From a virus (taxonomy: Duplodnaviria; Caudoviricetes), in IMG/VR virus record IMGVR_UViG_3300043423_000015, positions 1 through 39,281 of that record: a stretch of DNA of 39,281 bases. One strand, written 5' to 3'. This document shows, piece by piece, positions 36,686 to 39,281 of this stretch (within the stretch, counting starts at the first letter, position 1; every line of letters begins with the position of its first letter). The notes under the pieces are model-generated. The model ran no database searches and had not been told where the DNA came from. It saw only the letters and a list, made by a program, of their open reading frames with translations. The position numbers were made by a program, and so were the translations under genes.

Positions 36686-36933
36686 CAATTGAAAAAACAT
36701 TGAAACAACGTCAAAAGACACATGGCGACTTTGCAACACACGCAAAAATCAGCCAAGACCTTAAAAACGTAATGCGTGAACATGGGCTTTATGAACTTGA
36801 CGCAGACCAGATTGAGGCTTTGGAAATGATTTGCCACAAGATTGCCCGTGTGCTGAACGGCAATCCAAACCATCACGACCATTGGCACGACATTGCTGGC
36901 TACGCAACTTTGGTGGGCGACAGGCTGAAATGA
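36682..36933 (+). CDS. DUF6378-like protein, copy 2
   Basis: 65 of 83 residues identical to 34451-34702 (hand count). Confidence 0.8.
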   Translation: MTIEKTLKQRQKTHGDFATHAKISQDLKNVMREHGLYELDADQIEALEMICHKIARVLNGNPNHHDHWHDIAGYATLVGDRLK

Positions 36934-37334
36934 GATATGACCTTGACAATCCAGAGCAAGCCACAACGCTGATGCAAAACCTGTGGCCCAAGGTCAAGGC
37001 TGCATTGGCGGCAGGGCGTAAGCTGACGCTAGAAGTCAAAGACGCAAGCAAAAGCCGTGACACTGAAAAGCTGTATCACGAATTGATTGGTCAGATTGCT
37101 AAACAAGCACAGCATCTAGGTGCTAAATGGTCTGCTGAAGACTTTAAGCGTTTGCTTGTTGACCAATTTGTGCGTGAGATAGGTTTGGCTGGCGGCAAAG
37201 TGATTCCAAACCTTGATGGCACAGGGATTGTCCAGCTTGGCTTTCAAACTAGAAACTTTACGCAAGAGCAAGGCAGTCAATTTATTGAATGGCTTTATGC
37301 TTGGGGTGCTACAAACGGCATCACTTTTGAGTAA
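36930..37334 (+). CDS. ninB: NinB/Orf-like protein, copy 2
   Basis: YHELIGQIAKQAQHLGAKW...VQLGFQTRNFT...FIEWL. Confidence 0.85.
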   Translation: MRYDLDNPEQATTLMQNLWPKVKAALAAGRKLTLEVKDASKSRDTEKLYHELIGQIAKQAQHLGAKWSAEDFKRLLVDQFVREIGLAGGKVIPNLDGTGIVQLGFQTRNFTQEQGSQFIEWLYAWGATNGITFE

Positions 37335-37343
37335 AATATGGGC

Positions 37344-37391
37344 GTGGCTACCTTTAGCGGGGGAAAAGCAGATTGAATCACTGCCTGCCAC
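37344..37391 (+). ncRNA. Candidate three-way-junction leader RNA, copy 2
   Basis: gtggc/gccac stem; same GGCTA..GAAAAG..CCTGCC core. Confidence 0.55.
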
Positions 37392-37425
37392 AACTTTTAA
37401 TGATTCGTAACATGAGAGATTCATC

Positions 37426-37911
37426 ATGCTGACCTATGAAAAAGTCAATGAACTTTTTGAGTATTTGCCTAATGGCGAACTAAAACGAAAAATTACAACA
37501 TCGCCAAAATCAATAGAAGGAACCATTGTTGGAAATGGCGACCTTAGACGATACAAATATTTTTCTTTTAAGGGTAAAAAATATTACAACCATCGAGTTG
37601 TTTGGTTGTTGCATCATGGTCGTATGCCAAAACAAATTGACCACATCAATGGTAATCCTCTTGATAACAGAATTGAAAATTTGCGTGAGTGCAATCAATC
37701 ACAAAACAATTGGAATCAAGGCATAAAAATAACAAACAAATCTGGACATAAAGGAATTTCTTGGTATGTTAGAGATAAACGATGGGTTGCTAAGTTAAAT
37801 GTTTGCGGCAAATCACACATTGTTGGCAACTTTGTGAACAAAGAAGATGCCATAAAAGCTATGGAAAAAGCAAGAATTGAATTGCACAAGGAGTTTGCTC
37901 GTCATGCGTAA
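37426..37911 (+). CDS. HNH endonuclease with AP2-like DNA-binding domain (homing type)
   Basis: HRVVW...IDHINGNPLDNRIENLR...NKSGHKGISW...WVAKL; AT-rich. Confidence 0.92.
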   Translation: MLTYEKVNELFEYLPNGELKRKITTSPKSIEGTIVGNGDLRRYKYFSFKGKKYYNHRVVWLLHHGRMPKQIDHINGNPLDNRIENLRECNQSQNNWNQGIKITNKSGHKGISWYVRDKRWVAKLNVCGKSHIVGNFVNKEDAIKAMEKARIELHKEFARHA

Positions 37912-38365
37912 AAAATGTCGCCGTAAAGTTTGGGCAACTAACATTGACACAGTGGGTCATGCTATCGCGGGTGCAGCAGTATCAGATAAACGAGCATTGG
38001 ACAAATTGCGGCTTTGTGAGCTTTCAGCTATTGACGCAATGACCAAAGGAATGGGAACAACAGAAGATTGGCGATGGTTGGCTGACGTTATCAACATTGC
38101 CGAAACAATGGGCAAAGCTGGCATTGGTCCTGAAGTTCTGCCGTATTGCCAAGAAGCCCAAACCGCCATGCTGGAATGTGCCAAACGTTACCAAGAAACC
38201 AAAAAGATGGGTTTATCAGGCGCAGGAATCAAAGCAATCAAAGATGTGTGGGAGTTCCACGACCTTCAGCGCACCAGCATCCCACGGTCAGAATACGAAA
38301 AGATGATTCGTAAGACCGCCAATTACATTAAAAGTCACGGAAAAGACGTTGTTGAAATTACATGA
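37904..38365 (+). CDS. Hypothetical protein
   Basis: AAGGAG RBS before MRKKCRRK. Confidence 0.75.
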   Translation: MRKKCRRKVWATNIDTVGHAIAGAAVSDKRALDKLRLCELSAIDAMTKGMGTTEDWRWLADVINIAETMGKAGIGPEVLPYCQEAQTAMLECAKRYQETKKMGLSGAGIKAIKDVWEFHDLQRTSIPRSEYEKMIRKTANYIKSHGKDVVEIT

Positions 38366-38826
38366 AAAAAACAGGATGGCCACCAGGCTTATTGCAAGAT
38401 GATTGCTCAAAACTTAGTCGATGGTTTGCATCCAGACCAGACGCAAGGTATCAAATCAGAATGATGTTCCCAAAACACGAATACGTCCGTAGCCCCAAGC
38501 TGCTTAAAGCGGTAAGAGAGCTATCCTGCCAATCCTGCGGCTCAGACTATGGGATTCAGGCTGCTCATTCAAACTGGGGTGGAGGCAAGGGTAGGTCAAT
38601 CAAAGCTGACGACAGCCATATTGCCGCCCTTTGCCCAACCTGTCACCACGCCATTGACCAAGGCAACCTGTTAAGCCGTGAACAACGGATGAAGCTATGG
38701 GTTGTCGCCCATTACAGAACCGTGAGAAAATTGACCCAATCAGGGATGTGGCCTAGTGAAGTGCCAATCCCATTTGACCAACAGTACGAGGACATCTGGA
38801 ATGAAGAAATATACAGCCAGCATTGA
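38362..38826 (+). CDS. His-Me finger nuclease-like protein (DUF968/DUF1364-like)
   Basis: CQSC...AAHSN...KADD...LCPTCH; true start may be MMFPK near 38461. Confidence 0.75.
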   Translation: MKKTGWPPGLLQDDCSKLSRWFASRPDARYQIRMMFPKHEYVRSPKLLKAVRELSCQSCGSDYGIQAAHSNWGGGKGRSIKADDSHIAALCPTCHHAIDQGNLLSREQRMKLWVVAHYRTVRKLTQSGMWPSEVPIPFDQQYEDIWNEEIYSQH

Positions 38827-39205
38827 AGCGCAACACAAAGGGGCCGACCCTGTGATGCAATTTGTCATGTGCCTATTGCATAGCGTCACCAATGCCCACA
38901 TCCTGCATCTGTCCACCACCAGCTACTCGACCCACCAAGCACTCGGAAATTTCTACGCAGAAATAGGCGACCTTGTTGACGGATTTGTTGAGGCGTTCCA
39001 AGGTAAGTACGGCTTACTGACTGATTACAAGTCTGACTACGCTGTACCCGCCAACCCAATCGACTACATGAACTACCTCAAGGCCGAGGTAGAGAAGCTG
39101 CGCCGTGAGCCTCAGTTCCCACAGGACTCAGAGTTGCAGAACGAGGTGGACACTATTGCCAACCTCATCAATTCAACCCTCTACAAGCTGCGCTTCCTCA
39201 AGTAA
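38801..39205 (+). CDS. Ferritin/Dps-like four-helix bundle (DUF5856-like)
   Basis: AHILHL...HQALGNFY...DGFVEAFQGKYG...TLYKLRFLK. Confidence 0.8.
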   Translation: MKKYTASIEAQHKGADPVMQFVMCLLHSVTNAHILHLSTTSYSTHQALGNFYAEIGDLVDGFVEAFQGKYGLLTDYKSDYAVPANPIDYMNYLKAEVEKLRREPQFPQDSELQNEVDTIANLINSTLYKLRFLK

Positions 39206-39281
39206 GTTTGCAGACAGCCACGGGAATGGCTGAACCGTTGTGAATAGTCGAAACCTACCTAGTGTAGGTTTTGGCGTTTAT
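39155..39281. repeat. Second copy of the terminal overlap
   Basis: Identical to 1-127. Confidence 0.95.

Overview
The window is a complete, circularly assembled genome (about 39,154 bp unique; bases 1-127 repeat exactly at 39155-39281) of an HK97/lambda-like siphovirus. A Betaproteobacterial, possibly freshwater, host is only an inference. Gene order: HNH-terS-terL-portal-protease, two tandem major-capsid paralogs, head-tail joining genes, tail tube, chaperone with -1 frameshift, tape measure, tail tip and fibres, lysis genes, a leftward early operon, Cro-like HTH, MazG, DUF1376 replication initiator, and a partly duplicated nin-like region. I found no integrase or CI. The most unusual feature is a ~3.7 kb segment (about 300-3960) next to the presumed cos end. 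It has a sharply different short-word vocabulary (TCG/CGA-rich, no AGCT, few CTG/CAG) across coding and non-coding DNA and the core HNH gene, and it carries an inward-pointing operon of small acidic proteins. It is a candidate first-injected anti-defence region. Other highlights are a terminator-gated second capsid gene, two copies of one structured-RNA motif, a separate multi-hairpin RNA, an unannotated secreted four-cysteine micropeptide, and near-total GATC avoidance. All family assignments come from motif recognition by eye, and no searches were run.
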